Assembly: GCF_004010195.1 (NCBI RefSeq)
Contig: NC_057752.1
Span: 427,942 to 491,941, forward strand
Length of the DNA stretch: 64,000 nucleotides
Direction: 5' to 3'
Origin: Chiloscyllium plagiosum
Lineage: Eukaryota
Position 1 is the first letter of the stretch, and every line of letters begins with the position of its first letter. Below, in pieces: positions 24,501 through 38,210 of this stretch. Position numbers and translations under genes: made by a program. Below the pieces are notes generated by a model. That model was not told the origin of the DNA, did not search any database, and saw only the letters and a program-made list of their open reading frames with translations.

Positions 24501-26414
24501 ACTTCCAAACACAAAGTAGAACCCAGGATGCACCTAATATTTTTTATTCTCATGAATCATTCTTATTGAATAACCCAAGAGAATTAATGTGCTGGAGTGA
24601 GTTGATCTGTTTGCATTAAATGTACCGTTACAACTGATAGAAACTATACTAGACTGTGTCATAAGCTCATGTTAGGTCTTGAATGACTTGAGACAATTCT
24701 GTCCCATCCAATGCAGTGGCCAAAGTGGAAGGGCAGTGTCTGACACTCTGCATTACCCAACACTCTGCATCACTCAGTTTTGATTCAATTATACTCATAG
24801 TTGGACACAGGAGAGTCTAACGTTTACTGCACAGAAAGGCTGCTCCTTGCTCATGATGTGAAACAGTCATTAAATGAGTTGTGCATGCGAAATTTATTAG
24901 CAAACAGGGTACAGCACAAGTAGTGAGGTAAGACAGTGCTACATAGCTGAGACACTGGTACTGGGTTTATAGTTTTTAGAATGACAATGAATAGAAACAG
25001 GCTGATTTCCGTGCTGCATTCTGGCTGTAGGTGCTTTCCATCTAAATTTTGACTTTCAGCACCAGAGATTCCAATAGGATCCAGAACTTGATTAAAATAT
25101 TGGGCTAGCTCTTTCTTCCATTGCAGCCTCATGACTGGTGTATTGAGCAACTGCAGCCACGGGAAAAAACAGCTTTGAGAACATCAACATTTTGGAGTGG
25201 GTTGGTAACTGCTCTCTCTTCATCATTTTTGCTTCCCCAAATTGAAGAGAAGATATATTTTCCAACCTGATAGCATCAAAACTGATGTGATATAAGTATC
25301 AGGCAAACCTACCACATAAGCTGCCTGACGAATTGATGTGTCTCTGGGGCATTCTGAGCTGGACTTGGTTAGGGCTTTCTTATGCCCCCAAACCTTTGGT
25401 GAATCAGTCTGCTAGAACTTGGTGTTTAGATTCTCACATAAAGAAAGACGAATTGGTCAAGGTACCAGAGAACTGTCAATGACTGTGAAATCAAACCAGA
25501 AATCTGTGCCTTTCAGGAGAGGCTAGAGTGTGCAGGACAGAAGAAAAACAGAAAATCATCCCAAAAATTAGACAGTGAGATATATTACTCTGAGAAAAGG
25601 AAACCAGTTGTCATTAGTAGACTGTTTTGGAATTCCAGCGTATTATAAAAAGGCCTGACTAAACTAGCTTTCAGAGGCATTTTGTTTGTGTCTGGATTTC
25701 TGTAAACTGCTGATTGAAAAGAAACTACTATCTCATCTCAGATTTACTTAGTCGCTGATGCGCAACTGAATCTAAATGCTGTTATGACTGAGGTGATCTG
25801 CTGTTTTACAAAGTGGTGATAATGTTTCGGAGGAAGGAGGTGTCAAAGACCTGGTGTTGTCTTGGTTGACAACACATTCTGCAGAGTCAGGACAATGCCA
25901 ATATTTGGCCACCTTTTGTAATACTTGTCTGTTCCATCTCTCCTGATTTTTCTCAAGCGTTAAACCTATGCCAAGGGCACTATTACCCAGTTTCAGGCCT
26001 ACTACACCATTCTAAATTTCCTTTCTTCACATGTGAGTTGACAGCTTTCTGACTATGTAGGGAAAGGAAAGCACACTCAAGCCTCATGCCATCAACCCAA
26101 TGTCTACATGTTAGCTGCTTCACTTGTATTACAGAAAGCACCAGCAATAGGTTAGCTGATGGCAGGTATTAATCTGTTCAGAAATGTTATTACACACCAC
26201 TGGAGCAGGTGGGATTTCAACCTGGGCCTCCTGGTTCAGAGATAGGGAGATACTACTGCACCTGTAGGATAACTGATGGCATCACCAGCAACCATGTCAG
26301 GTCATATGATGTGCAGAAGATTTATTGAAAGATGGTCCTGCAGGGAAATCTCAATAAAATTCAATCAAAGGTTCTTGTGCCAAAGATTTGTTCCATGTCT
26401 GTCCCTGTGCATGT

Positions 26415-26726
26415 TTAGATTAGATTACTTACAATGTGGAAACAGGCCCTTCGGCCCAACAAGTCCACACCGACCCGCCGAAGCGCAACCCACCCATACC
26501 CCTACATTTACCCCTTACCTAACACTACGGGCAATTTAGCATGGCCAATTCACTTGACCAGCACATCTTTGGACTGTGGGAGGAAACCGGAGCACCCGGA
26601 GGAAACCCACGCAGTCACGGGGAGAACATGCAAACTCCATACAGTCAGTCACCTGAGGCGGGAATTGAACCCGGGTCTCTGGCGCTGTGAGGCAGCAGTG
26701 CTAACCACTGTGCCACCGTGCCACCC
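26415..26726 (-). mobile_element. HE1-type V-SINE, apparently full length and young
   Basis: Minus strand: GGCACGGTGGCACAGTGGTTAGCACTGCTGCCTCACAGCGCCAGAGACCCGGGTTCAATTCCCG head, V-domain GGGTTTCCTCCGGGTGCTCCGGTTTCCTCCCACAGTCCAAAG, CR1-like tail ending GTAATCTAATCTAA. Confidence 0.9.
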
Positions 26727-27233
26727 ACTGTTTACTAAACAGAGATCAGGAGAATGGGAACCCTAGCTGACTCCATGCTCATACCTAACCCAGGGGATTT
26801 TAATAGAAACTCTGCTACACTTCAAAGCTAAGACCAGCAAACGGTACAGACTGGAAACGAAAACTTGGAACCTCATTGGCTTGTACAACTCAGGTGGACA
26901 TGACACACAGCAACTGTAGAAACTACAAAGATGGTCCTGCATACATGGGAGATCATTTTAATAGACCGGAACTTTCTCACCTGGATTAGGAATGGTACGA
27001 GATGATTAGTGAAATACAAGTGGATAGCTGTCGAAGTAAAGGAAAAAGAAAACTTGTATAAGCCCAGGAAGTCTCAAAGTGCAATGAAGTACTTTTTGAA
27101 GTGTAATCACTGTTGTAATGTAGGAAACATATCATACAATTTGCACACAGCAAACTCCCACAAACTGTAATGTGATTCTGATCAGAATGAGATGTTGAAT
27201 GAGGAATAAATACTAGCAAGACACTGGGAGAAC

Positions 27234-29247
27234 TGAGGTTGCTGGAAAAACTCAGCAGGTCTGGCAGCATCTGTGAAGAGAAATCAGAGTTACCATTTTG
27301 GGTCAGGTGACCCTTCCTCAGAACGGATGATAGCTAGGAAAATGTTGGTTTATATGCAGAAGCTAGGGTGGGGGAGGGGCTAAGGAGTAAATGATAGGTA
27401 GGGATACAGCGCAAAGAGAGAGAAGAACAGTTGAACAGACAAAAGAGTCAGTAATGATCTGGCTGGGAGGGTGAATAGCTCTTAATGGAGATTGTTTGTG
27501 ACTAACAATAGGTAGTGTCTAATGGCAGACTATGTCATAACAAGGCCTGGTGTGTGTTGTAGGGGACTAGGACATTGGGGGAGTTCAGGCCCTAAAATTA
27601 TTGAACCTGATATTGAGTACAGAGGGTTGCAGGGTCCCCAAGCGGAAAATGAGGTGTTGTTCTTCCAGCTTGCGCTGAGCTTCACTGGAGTACTGCAGTA
27701 AGCCTGAGACAGATGTTGGCCAGGGAACATGGTGGTGTGTTACACTGGCAGGTAACTGGAAGTTCAGGGTCTTTTTTGTAGGTAGCATATAGACGTTCTT
27801 CAAAGCGGTCACCCAGTCTACGCTTCATTTCCCCAATGTAGGGGAGACCACAATGTGAGCAGTGAATGCAGTAGACTAAATTGTGAGAAGTGAAGGAGAA
27901 AGTGAGGTCTGCAGATGCTGGAGATCAGAGCTGGAAATGTGTTGCTGGAAAAGCGCAGCAGGTCAGGCAGCATCCAGGGAACAGGAGAATCGACGTTTCG
28001 ATTCGAAGAAGGGCTTATGCCCGAAACGTCGATTCTCCTGTTCCCTGGATGCTGCCTGACCTGTGAGAAGTGAAGGTAAAGTACTGCTTCACCTGGAAGG
28101 TATGTTTGAGCACTCGGTTACTGAGGAGGGAGGAGGTAAATGGGCAGGTGTTACACCTTCAGCGATTGCAGGGGAAGGTATTATGGGGCTGTAGGAGGAT
28201 TGTTGGGAGTGAAGGAAGAGTGGACCAGGGTGTCCCGGAGGGAATGGTCTCTGCGGAAAATGGACAAGGGAGGGGAGGGGAATATGTCTGGTGGTGACAT
28301 CTCGCTGGAGGTGATGGAAATGGTGGCTGATGATCTTCTGGATGTGGATGCTTGTAGGATGGTAGGTAAGGACAAGAGGAACCCTATCGCTGGTGCAGGA
28401 GAGAAGACAGGGGGTGAAGGCAAAAGTGCAGATGGGTCAGACCCGGTTGAGGGCCCTGTTGACAACAGTGCTGGGGAGTCCTCAGTTGAGGAAGAAAGCG
28501 GACATTTCGGACACTCCTTTGTTGAAGTTGGCCTCATTGGACAGAAAAGGAGGAACTGGGAGAATGGAATGGAGTCTTTACAGGAAACTGTGTGCGTGGA
28601 TGTATAGTCCAGGTAACTGTGGGAATTGGTGGGTTTATAGTGGATATTAGTGGCCAGTCTATCCCCAAAAATGGAAACAGAGATGGTGAGGAAGGAAAGG
28701 GAGGAGTCAGAGATAGACCAGGTGAAAGTGAGGCCAGGGTGGAAATTGGAAGTGAGGTCGATTAACTTTTCCAATTTCAGACAGGAGAGGGAAGCATTAT
28801 CAATATCTTGCAGAAAGAGTTGTGGGTGGGGGCCAAAATAGAACTTGAACAAGGAATGTTCCTGGATTCAAAGCACAAGGGATGAAACTTCAGTTGAAAT
28901 CCATGTGGGGTAAATCTGAACCAGAGGCAGTCACTGGGAATGTGATTTGGCTGTGGAAACGAGTTTTAGCAAATACCTGATCAAACACCAGGAATGACAG
29001 TGAAATTAATGTCAGTGGACTGGAGAACAGATTGAAATCCCGTCAGAGAGAGGAGCAGATCGTCAAGGTGGGCATGCCTCAAAGAGATGTGGCCGTGAGT
29101 TAAATACTAAATAAAAACTGAAAGAACTGCAGATGGTATAAATCAGGAACAAAAACAGAGGTTGCTGGAAAAACTCAGCAGATCTAGTAGCATCTATGCA
29201 GAGAAATCAAAGTTAACATTTCAGGTCTGGTGACCCTTCCTCAGAAT
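27234..29247 (-). mobile_element. Older Penelope-like element (RT C-terminus, GIY-YIG remnant) with direct terminal repeats, splitting a Deu-SINE
   Basis: DRLATNIHYKPTNSHSYLDYTSTH..CKDSIPFSQFL and AQRKLEEQHLIFRLGTLQP. About 90-bp direct repeats at about 27235-27323 and 29158-29246. TGGGAGAACT on both flanks. Confidence 0.85.
27897..28061. mobile_element. Fold-back Penelope terminal-repeat element nested in the older PLE
   Basis: Inverted arms. 15-bp TSD TGTGAGAAGTGAAGG at 27882-27896 and 28062-28076. Confidence 0.85.
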
Positions 29248-30576
29248 TGGGAGAACTCCCCTGCTGTTCTTTGAAATAGTCCAGCAAGACCTTTTACATG
29301 CTCTTTATAGGGCCTCTGATTATTGTCTCATGCAAAACCTCTCACAGTACAACACACTAACAGTATGGCACTGGAGCGTCAGCCTGGATTATGTGTTTAT
29401 TGAATTGAAATTATTGTCACGTGTACCGAGGCACAGTGAAAAGCTTTGTCTTGCGAGCAATACAGGCAGATCACAGAGTTAAATAGCATAGATAAGTAAA
29501 TAATAATTAGTAATAAGTAAATAATAATTAGTAATTTTTAAAAGTATGCTATGAAGTTTAAAGAGTGAAGAATGATTGTAGGAAATAGGAAACTTAGATC
29601 TGCATGCAGGAGCTCGCAAAGAGTCGGCCATATCCAGCGCCACCTTGCATCATCTCTGAGACTTGACTCAGGTCAGAATTGTGGATGTCGCTGATGATCA
29701 GCACCTTTTGTGACTCCTCAGATACTGAAGCAGTCCATATCCAAATGAAGCAACACCTGGACAATATCCAGGTTTAGGGACTTTTTTCTTCATTCACAAG
29801 ATATGGGTATTGCTGACCAGGCTAGTGTTAATTGCCCATATCTAATTGCCCAGAGAGCAGTTAAGAATGAACTGCATTGCTGTGGGTCTGGAGTCACATG
29901 TAGGCTAAATCAGATAAAGATGGCAGCTTACTTCCCTGAAGGGAATCAGTGAACCAGATGGATGTTTTCAACAACCAAAAATAGTTTGATGGTCATCATT
30001 AGACCCTTAACTCCCAAGTTTTATTGAATTCAAATTCGACCATCTGCCATGGCAGGATTCAAACTTGGGTCCTCAAAATGTTACCTGTGTTGCTGTATTA
30101 CTAGTCTCACAATAATGCTACTCAGCCATCTCCTCCCAAAGAGGTGGGGATATATTGATAAATGGTGAGTCATATTTGTTCCACACAAGTGCTAGGCAAT
30201 AACCAACCCTAAAGAAGTATCTAACCATCATTCCTTGACATTCAATGGCTTTTCCATTGCTGAATCCCATACTATCAACATTTGGGTCCATAAAAAGATT
30301 ACCATTGACTAGAAACTGAACTGGACTAACCACATAAATACTGGGCTACAAGAGGAGGTCAGAAGGTAGGAATCCAAAGCAAGTAACTCACCTCTTACCT
30401 TCCCAAAGTCTGTCCACAATTTAGGACAAAGCAGCCTTCTTGGCTGGCATCCCATCCACCAGCTTCAACATTCACTCATTTCACCATGGACACAATGGCA
30501 GTGGTGTGTACCATCTACAACTCTCAAAACCTCCTTCAACAGCATTTTCCTAACCTGCAATTTCTACTATCTAAAA

Positions 30577-30702
30577 CCTGACGAAGAAACAGTGCTCCGA
30601 AAGCTTGTGATTTTGAATAAACCTGTTAGACTATAACCTGGTGTCTTGTGGCTTTTGACGTTGTCCGCCCCAGTCCAACACCAGCACCTCCACATCATGG
30701 AC
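30577..30702 (+). mobile_element. Solo Penelope-like terminal repeat (family 2) beginning with a hammerhead core
   Basis: CTGACGA-AGAAACAGTGCTCC-GAAAGCTT at 30578-30606. 11-bp TSD ACTATCTAAAA at 30566-30576 and 30703-30713. Confidence 0.75.
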
Positions 30703-30714
30703 ACTATCTAAAAG

Positions 30715-31190
30715 GTCATAGAGATGTACAGCATGGAAACAGATCCTTCGGTCCAACTCGTCCATGCCGACCAGATGTCTTAACCTAATCTAGTCCCATT
30801 TGCCAACACTTGGCCCATATCCCTCTAAACCCTTCCTATTCATGTACCTTTAAAGATGCCTTTAATATGTTATAATTGTACCAGCCGCCACCACTTCCCC
30901 TGGCAGCTCATTCCATACACAGACCACCCTCTATGTGAAGAAGTTGCCCCTCAGATCCGTTTTAAATTTTTCCCCTCTCACCCTAAACATATGCCCTCTA
31001 GTTCTGGACCCCGCCCCCCACCCCACCTCCTGGGAAAAGACCTTGTCTATTTATCCTATCCCTGCCCCTCATGATTTTATCAACCTCTGTAAGGTCACCC
31101 CTCAGCCTCCGACGCTTCAGGGAAAACAGCCCCAGCCTGTTCAGCCTCTCCCTAAAGCTCAAATCCTCCAACCCTGGCAACATCCTTGTC
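30715..31190 (-). mobile_element. CR1/HER1 3' fragment
   Basis: TRMLPGLEDLSFRERLNRLGLFSLKRRRLRGDLTEV, with the same tail as the copy ending at 11412. Confidence 0.85.
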
Positions 31191-31936
31191 AAGGGTAGCA
31201 GATGCATGGTAACACTACAACCCACAAGTTTCCATCTAAGTCACACACAATCCTAATTTAGAACTCTCTCGCTCTTCCTACTAGATGGTAGTGGTCATGG
31301 ATTGGGAAGGTGCTGTCTAGAAAGCCTTAATGAATTTCTGCAGTGCATCTTGTAGATGGTATACACTACTTCCACTGTACAACCATGCTGAAGAGAGTGA
31401 ATGTTTATGCCAATCAAGTGTGCTGCTTTGTCTTGGATAGTGTCAAGCTTCTTGAATACTGTTGAAGCTGCAGTCATCCAGGCAAGTCTATTTCATCACA
31501 ATTCCTGACCTGTACTTTGTAAATGGAGAACAGGCTTTGAGGAGTAAGGAGGCAAGCTATTCATTACAGGATTCCTAGCCTCTGACCTCTTATAGTCACA
31601 ATATTTATATGGCTAGTCCAGTTCAGCTTCTAGTCAATGGTAGTCTTTTGGATGTTGATAGTTGTGGGGGGATTTAGTGATGGCAATGCCATTGAAAGTC
31701 AAGGGCCGAGCTACAAATCTTCGCACAAACTTTGAATGCCATTGAAAGTCAAGGGCCGAAGTTTAGGACCTCTCTCATTTGACATGGTTATTGCCTGACA
31801 CCTATGTGGCTTGTATGTTATTTGCCCAAACCTGGATATTGTCTACGTTTTGCTGTATTTGGAGGTGCATCAGTTTGTAGCTGGATTGAGATATTGTATT
31901 CCATTTTTTGGCAAATTCATTGCAACACATCTTCAC

Positions 31937-33423
31937 TTTATTAGCTTCTTAAATCAATGTGACTCACATCACGAATTCCATTAGCATCCTTTTAGTTTGA
32001 AGGCTTTCCAGCTTGTGTAGCCTTGCACTGCATTTTCACTTCTGACCTTCATCTGTATTTTCCACACAGCCTGAACACCATGCCACCCTGTCTCATACCC
32101 ACTTTTTAAACTTCTTTCAGCCAAGATAGAGGGTCATTCATTGCAGGCTGCTCATTGGGCACCTTCACTGCCAATTTAGTGGACAAATTGTGGGCAAAAA
32201 AGACCAAAGTTGTCACTTCTCCAGCTGTACAGATCTCCAACCTGCTAGAGAGTTTCAAGATGTCAGTTGCATGAAGCCTCAACCTCCAGCTCCACACAGC
32301 ATACAGGCAGAATGGGAGGTTGTTATTGGTAATTGAGAAGTCATGAAATCAAACCCAATCGCCCATCAATATTTACTGAGTCTCATAAGATCACATTCTG
32401 CACAGAGAGATTGGGTTCTTATTAAGTTGCACAATCATCTCCTCTGTCCAACCCAATCAACAGAGAAAACATTAGTCAAACTAAATAGATAAAATGAAAC
32501 TGAAAAGAGGATTTAGCCAAATTACCTGGTGGGGTTGAATTATGCTTGTATGATATTAATACAAGACATGTTTTAACAGGTCTGTGTTAAAATCCTCTGT
32601 TTGCTAATTAGATCTTTTGTTCAAATATATATAGGAACCTTACCCTGGATTGTATTCATGTATGTTTAAAAAAAGTGCCCCGCACAAGATAGAATGCAAT
32701 ATGTTATCAAGAGAAGCCATTCTTCAATATGACATGTACACTTTGTTACACCATGATCGGCTACTCAAATGAGAATATTTGTATTCTTTGTGGGACCAAG
32801 ATAGGTTACACTAGGTTGCAGTGGCACATTGGGCATTGTACATAAATTAATCCAGAAATTCTTCACAGACCTATATTTAAAATTTGCTGAATACTCTGAG
32901 GACACCCACCTGAAAAAAACAAATTTATTTGCAGACCACCATTTGCATATAAATTATTTTTCTCCCAATTTGAGGTGGGAGGAGACGAAAACAGTGACAT
33001 GCATTAAATTAAAAGGTGAAATACATAGATAACTTATTGCCGAGATCCCACAGCATATTGGAACTGATGTTCGTTATTGCACATTTTTGGGGGGCAGTTT
33101 TTAAACAAACTCTTTTGCGTTCCATTATTCATTGATTCAGTTTGTTTCTTTTTTTCTCTCCTTTATAAAATACTGAGTCTGGGTTTCTGAGCTTTCTTCA
33201 AGTGAGATTTTTTTAAAAAAAGTTTAGAAAACAAAGATGGCGAATTCCAGGCGTAGAGGCTGGGGCCTGTGCCCAGGCATATTTTTCGTTCCATCACACC
33301 AAGCTTACTGATTTCATTCTGAGACTTCAGTTAATATCCTTTCACAACCCTGGTGGTGGTATTTGTTTTTTTGTGGAGAGTCTATAAAGTTTGTGAACAG
33401 TAAGTTTTCCTTTATATCTCGTT
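31937..33423 (-). other. MARCHF9: Probable proximal 3' UTR of MARCHF9 with candidate AATAAA signals
   Basis: Repeat-poor AT-rich sequence directly after the stop codon. Minus-strand AATAAA at 32924-32929 and 31937-31942. The true cleavage site cannot be determined from sequence. Confidence 0.45.
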
Positions 33424-33746
33424 TCAGACTGTCGTAACTCGCATGACCAGCTCTCTATTTGAGCTGTTACCATTCTGAGTGTTGTTAGGCCTCAGATAGC
33501 TGAGAATGTGCAGGATGGTATATCCACAGTGATGATTCAAAATGGTTCCAGTGCGCTGAGTGGAACTCCTGTCATTGTTTGATGAATGGTTCGTCCGTGA
33601 ATTTCTTCCCCCTGTCTTGCTTGTCCCACTAATGGCTTCCCCTAGGTCCTTGGATTTTTCATAGTTCAGTACCTTCCATTGCTGATTAACAGCTTGCCAG
33701 CGCTTAAAGATTCGGTACACAGATGATCCCTCATGAATGATGAGGC
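33424..33746 (-). CDS. MARCHF9: MARCHF9 last coding exon, cytoplasmic tail with YxxL motif and PDZ-binding end
   Basis: Acceptor ctcttttccag|GC completes the split Gly codon. Encodes LIIHEGSSVYRIFKRWQAVNQQWKVLNY...CGYTILHIL...RELVMRVTTV-TGA. Confidence 0.95.
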
Positions 33747-36700
33747 CTGGAAAAGAGTGTTCAAATTTTTAAACTCAAAAACTTCAGTGTCATTCATTAT
33801 GTTATTCAGCCAACACATCCCAAGCCGACAATGTGGTTCAACTCCCATTCAGCTGGCCACACTTGACCTGCAAAATCATTCAGAATTCCATTTAGTTGGG
33901 TCATCAGATTATTTCCTTTATTCATTTACTAAGATTAATAAACCAGAGGAAACAAAGCATAAGCTCAATATGAGATAATGATTTATCCATAAGGCAATAT
34001 TGCCTTTTATGGGGAGTGCAGGTGACAACTCAGATAGCCCTCTCTCTCTGTTACAATTAAGACAGTAAGACTTGCATGAATTTGAAGGTTTTGCAGACTC
34101 TAGGTTAAATGAGGGAGAGCCAATATCAAGGCAACTTCATTATAAATTGAGTGTCTGTTTCACGGAGTAAACATTCAGAAAAGGCCTCTACACAAAGTCA
34201 ACCCCACAAACAAAGGTAAATTGAGGAAGGGGGCACTTAAAAAATGACTCTCTGCCCAGATTAGAACAAAAACCAAAGCACCATGACTCAGTAAAACTTC
34301 TTTAAAAAAGGATACAGTTTGGAATCTAGTGTTCCATAATGGGTTTCCCATTCTCCAGGATTGCCCTGAAGTTCTCCACGAATTAAAGATTAAATCAACA
34401 GGACATTGCTACAAGTAAAACCCAGGCAAAAAAAACCTCAGGGAAATTATTAAGTTTTGAACATTTTCGATTAGCTATCAAAATCTTGGAGCTATCAAGA
34501 ACAAATTGTCTCATCCAAAGACAAGTTGAATCAAATTGGTTAACACTTTCCAGTTATCTGTGGAGAACCATCTGGAGGATTGACCAATTGTGGGAGTATG
34601 GCAGATTGTGAATATACTCAGCCAGAGTTGGCAACCATCGTTCTTTTGAATAGAGATAATTAGTGCCCCTTTACAATTCCTGCCCGATCCTATAAAATGA
34701 ACAGTCAGTAAAATCTGTGGCCTTAAATCCCTGGAGAAAATGTAATTTGATTTTGTATATAAAGATTTATGAAAAATGCAAATATGATCTGCACTAATGC
34801 TGTTAATATAAAATGTTCAGCCTCCTCTTGTTTCAACAGAGTAAGGTTAATCCCATTTAGTACTTTACAAGATGTGGCTGTCTGTTGACCCGACCCACTG
34901 CATCCTTCAGTCACTATTGCCACACAACAATTTTTAATAGCTGTCCTTTTAATCAGTTTTTCCCCTCTCCTCTCCATTATTATCCTTGCCTCGGAGTGGC
35001 AGCCAGGAACAATGGGGGGGGGTAAAGGCAGGGAGAATTAATTATGTCCTGTGTTTTGAATGCCAATGGAATTGTTTACTGGTTGTGCATTGAAAGCCTA
35101 TATGATCAGGTGAGCATATTGTTGAATTTGCTTCATTATGTCAACAAGCTTCAAAACAGGATTCCTGAGAGGGTTAGCCTGTAGTCAGGATGGTGATCTA
35201 AAACAATACAGCCCCAAGGGTGTTCAAGATATTCAAAACTATGGCAAGTGTGAAATTTATAAAAAAAACTTCCATTCAAATTTAACTTCAAGAATTAATT
35301 GCAAAACAGGTACTGGGGCATTTTTTGAGGTATTTCCAACTAAAAAGGGTGATGGCTATACCTGTTGAAATGTGGGGATTTGCCCTTTTAACAAGCATAG
35401 AGATTGAAACATGAGAAGGCATGAAAATGTAGCTCAATACCAGGCTGGGGAGTTTGGGTACTAAAGGGATGAGTTTCAATGGGCTGAATAGCCTTTTCAT
35501 GCCCTTGATTATCTCTCTTTTTGCAGATGTTCCTTGTTGCGCTACTAGTATCCAAAAGGTCACCTGCTGTTCCATAGAGAATGTCCTGATTAGCCTCAAG
35601 ACAAAGCTGAATTACTGTGTACAAGACAACAAATCCCAATGGAGGTTGCATGGAGAAGGTCAGGCTGATTTGGTGCATTAACTGCAGACTATTTAAACTG
35701 AAGGTCATCTTTCATGATTAGACACAAGAGTTGTTGCAAATTTAAAAGCATTAAATCAGATCCTGTTGGGAAAATTTTACAGACAATTCCATACAATTGA
35801 TTTGTGCATATGCTCCATTTACCCGTCATCAGGTTATCCAAAATCTTCTAGTTCCTACTTATTTTCAAAGAGGTCTTGCTATATTGGTTGGGATGAAACA
35901 CTATGGTCAGAAGCAAACTCTAATAAAACAGGTTCAACCCTGTTGAGAACAAGGGAATTCTTGAACAGATTAGACTGTGCACCATTTGCAGCCACTTGGC
36001 AACTATGCAATAGATAATTATTGACCTTGGCCCAATGCAAAGTGGGATGCAGAATTTCAGATATTAACACCATCCAGAAGAGTCTTCCACGGGCATGAGG
36101 AATGGTGAGGAATTACTCATTGGTGTGGAATTCCCTTCCTAAACCTCTCTGCTGCCCTCTCTCTTCCTTTAAGACACTCCTTAAAACCTAACTCATTTGT
36201 CAAACATTTGGTTACCTGTCCTAAAATCATGTGGACTTGGTGTCATTTTTTTGTCTGCTAACACACGTGTGAAGCACCTTGGTGAGTGTTACTGTATTAA
36301 AAAGTTGCTATATAAATGCAGGTTGTTGCTGTTGTTCTATGTGGACTGAAACAAAATCTCAAGGCCCCCTTATGTCCCCATGGAGCTTAACAATTCTTAC
36401 ACTGCTCTGTACAGAATCTCAGAGAACTGACAGTCCTGTCTCAGAGAACTGACAGCCCTGCAGAGGATGGACCAATATCATTCAGTCTATTGATCTGCCT
36501 GGCTTTGACTGCAGTGATTCTGTCAAACAGAGCGACAATATTCCATTGCTGGATTTGAGTATACTTTGCAGTCTTATAAAAGTGCATCATCAAACTAACA
36601 GAAAAGGTATTAAGACAGTCCCTTTACACCTGTGCAGAAACATCGAGCACAATGTGACACTGTTTGTTTTTAGGATACATTTTACAATATCATACACCTG

Positions 36701-38210
36701 TCACTATGACACAATGTCTTCTCAGATTTACTATAAGCAATGCCACTGGTGATCTGTTTATTTAGTGATAATGTAATTCCACAGCATGTCTAATTCAGTG
36801 GGACTTCTGGTTATATAACCCAAGAATCTTGATCAGAACTGCTGTTGGCCATATGATGGTCAGCAGGCCACCACAGCATTGTAACTGAATCACTACTTAT
36901 TCCTAATGGATATTTAATACTGATCAACGGACAACTGGCACAGTGCAGACATGTAGTGGGGGAGAAGAGGAAACTCTCCCCTACCATTGCCCCTTTCTCA
37001 GTCAGCTAACATAGGCTAAGACTGTCAAACTGAGAAAAGCTTGGGGTGAACCTGAGGCTCCTGGTTGTAAATCCAAATAACCATTTGTTATGACTTGCTG
37101 AGTTTGTATTGCACAGCTCATAAACATTATTTTTGAAAAGACTGGCATATAAATTACATTGGACATAAAAGTAAAATGATAGGACAGTTTTCAGACAGAT
37201 TTCGACTGTGTTTGAGAGTAACAAATAAATGCAATCTGATTTATTATTTATGAATGGGATTACAAAATTAGGCCCTAAATTGGCTCAGATGGTGAAGTGC
37301 AACACGGGAGCTTTGGCCCACTCTTTGTCAATAATTCTTTATGGAGGAACGTTCTACTCCCGTTATGTCTTGAGCCCTTTCTGCACATGCTCAGGAAAAC
37401 TTAGATAGTATGACATGTTGACAAACAATTTGTATTTTTTTAAAATGGTGAATGCTCAGGTGAAAACCAACAGTGCCAGATACTGAAATTGAAAAAAGGC
37501 AGAAGAGAAATGGAAGAGCTGCAATTTTATAGCGCCTTATCACATCTCTCAGAAACACTTCACTGAATTAATTGCTTGGAACACAGAGTCATATTATAAA
37601 GCCAAATGCAGCAGGCAATTTGCGCACAGCAAGATAATACTAACAAACAGCAGTGAGATGAATGACCAGCTAATTGGTTTTGCCAGAGTTAGTTCAGAGA
37701 GAAATGTTGGCCAGGACAGCAGAAAAATTGCCTGCTCTTCTTCAAAGAGTACCTTATTGGATCTTTAATATCTCAGGCCACTAGTTTAATATCTTAGCTA
37801 AAGGGCAGAACTTCTAACAAAACAGCATTCCATCAGCTTGGATAGTGAAAGTCGTAGATAATGTGCTCAAGTCCTAGAGTGGGGCTTGAACCCACAACCT
37901 TCTGATTTAGAGGCCAAATATTTTTCCAACTGAGCCAAAATGACAACTAAAGAAGACAAGATAAATTGAGTGATATCAACCCTCTGTTTTAAAAGTTTGG
38001 AAATCATCAGAGGAAGGGAGGCAGAAACATTCGACCTTAAGGTCCTAGGAAAATTAAACTAGGTGACCATGATCCTGATTTCAACATAGTATGGAAGGAA
38101 GAGGTGCAAACTGGGATACTTGAACTTTTAGAAGTCACAAGAAAGAAAGGTTCAGAGGACACTGATCATAGTACGATGTACAGTTTGATGTTTGACACAG
38201 AGATGCTTAC

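Larger units (their letters stand above)
29680..31880. mobile_element. Fragments of an old CR1/L2-group LINE on both strands (related pieces at about 52870-52987 plus 54415-55200 and 58310-58830)
   Basis: KKLDTIQDKAAHLIG, YTIYKMHCRNS and DQKLNWTCHTNAVATSAGQRIGILQQIIHLLTPQNLSIIYTAQ motifs. Exact clade uncertain. Confidence 0.6.

Noticed and set aside
31685..31759. Repeat-spacer-repeat as a mini CRISPR array
   Set aside because: Only two repeats, and they derive from the host LINE sequence, so a TSD or duplication explains it better.
33991..34006. 16-bp perfect palindrome AAGGCAATATTGCCTT
   Set aside because: Isolated and intronic, with no second copy or associated structure to support a function.
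36417..36460. 22-bp tandem duplication TCTCAGAGAACTGACAG(T/C)CCTG
   Set aside because: Ordinary local slippage with no further structure.
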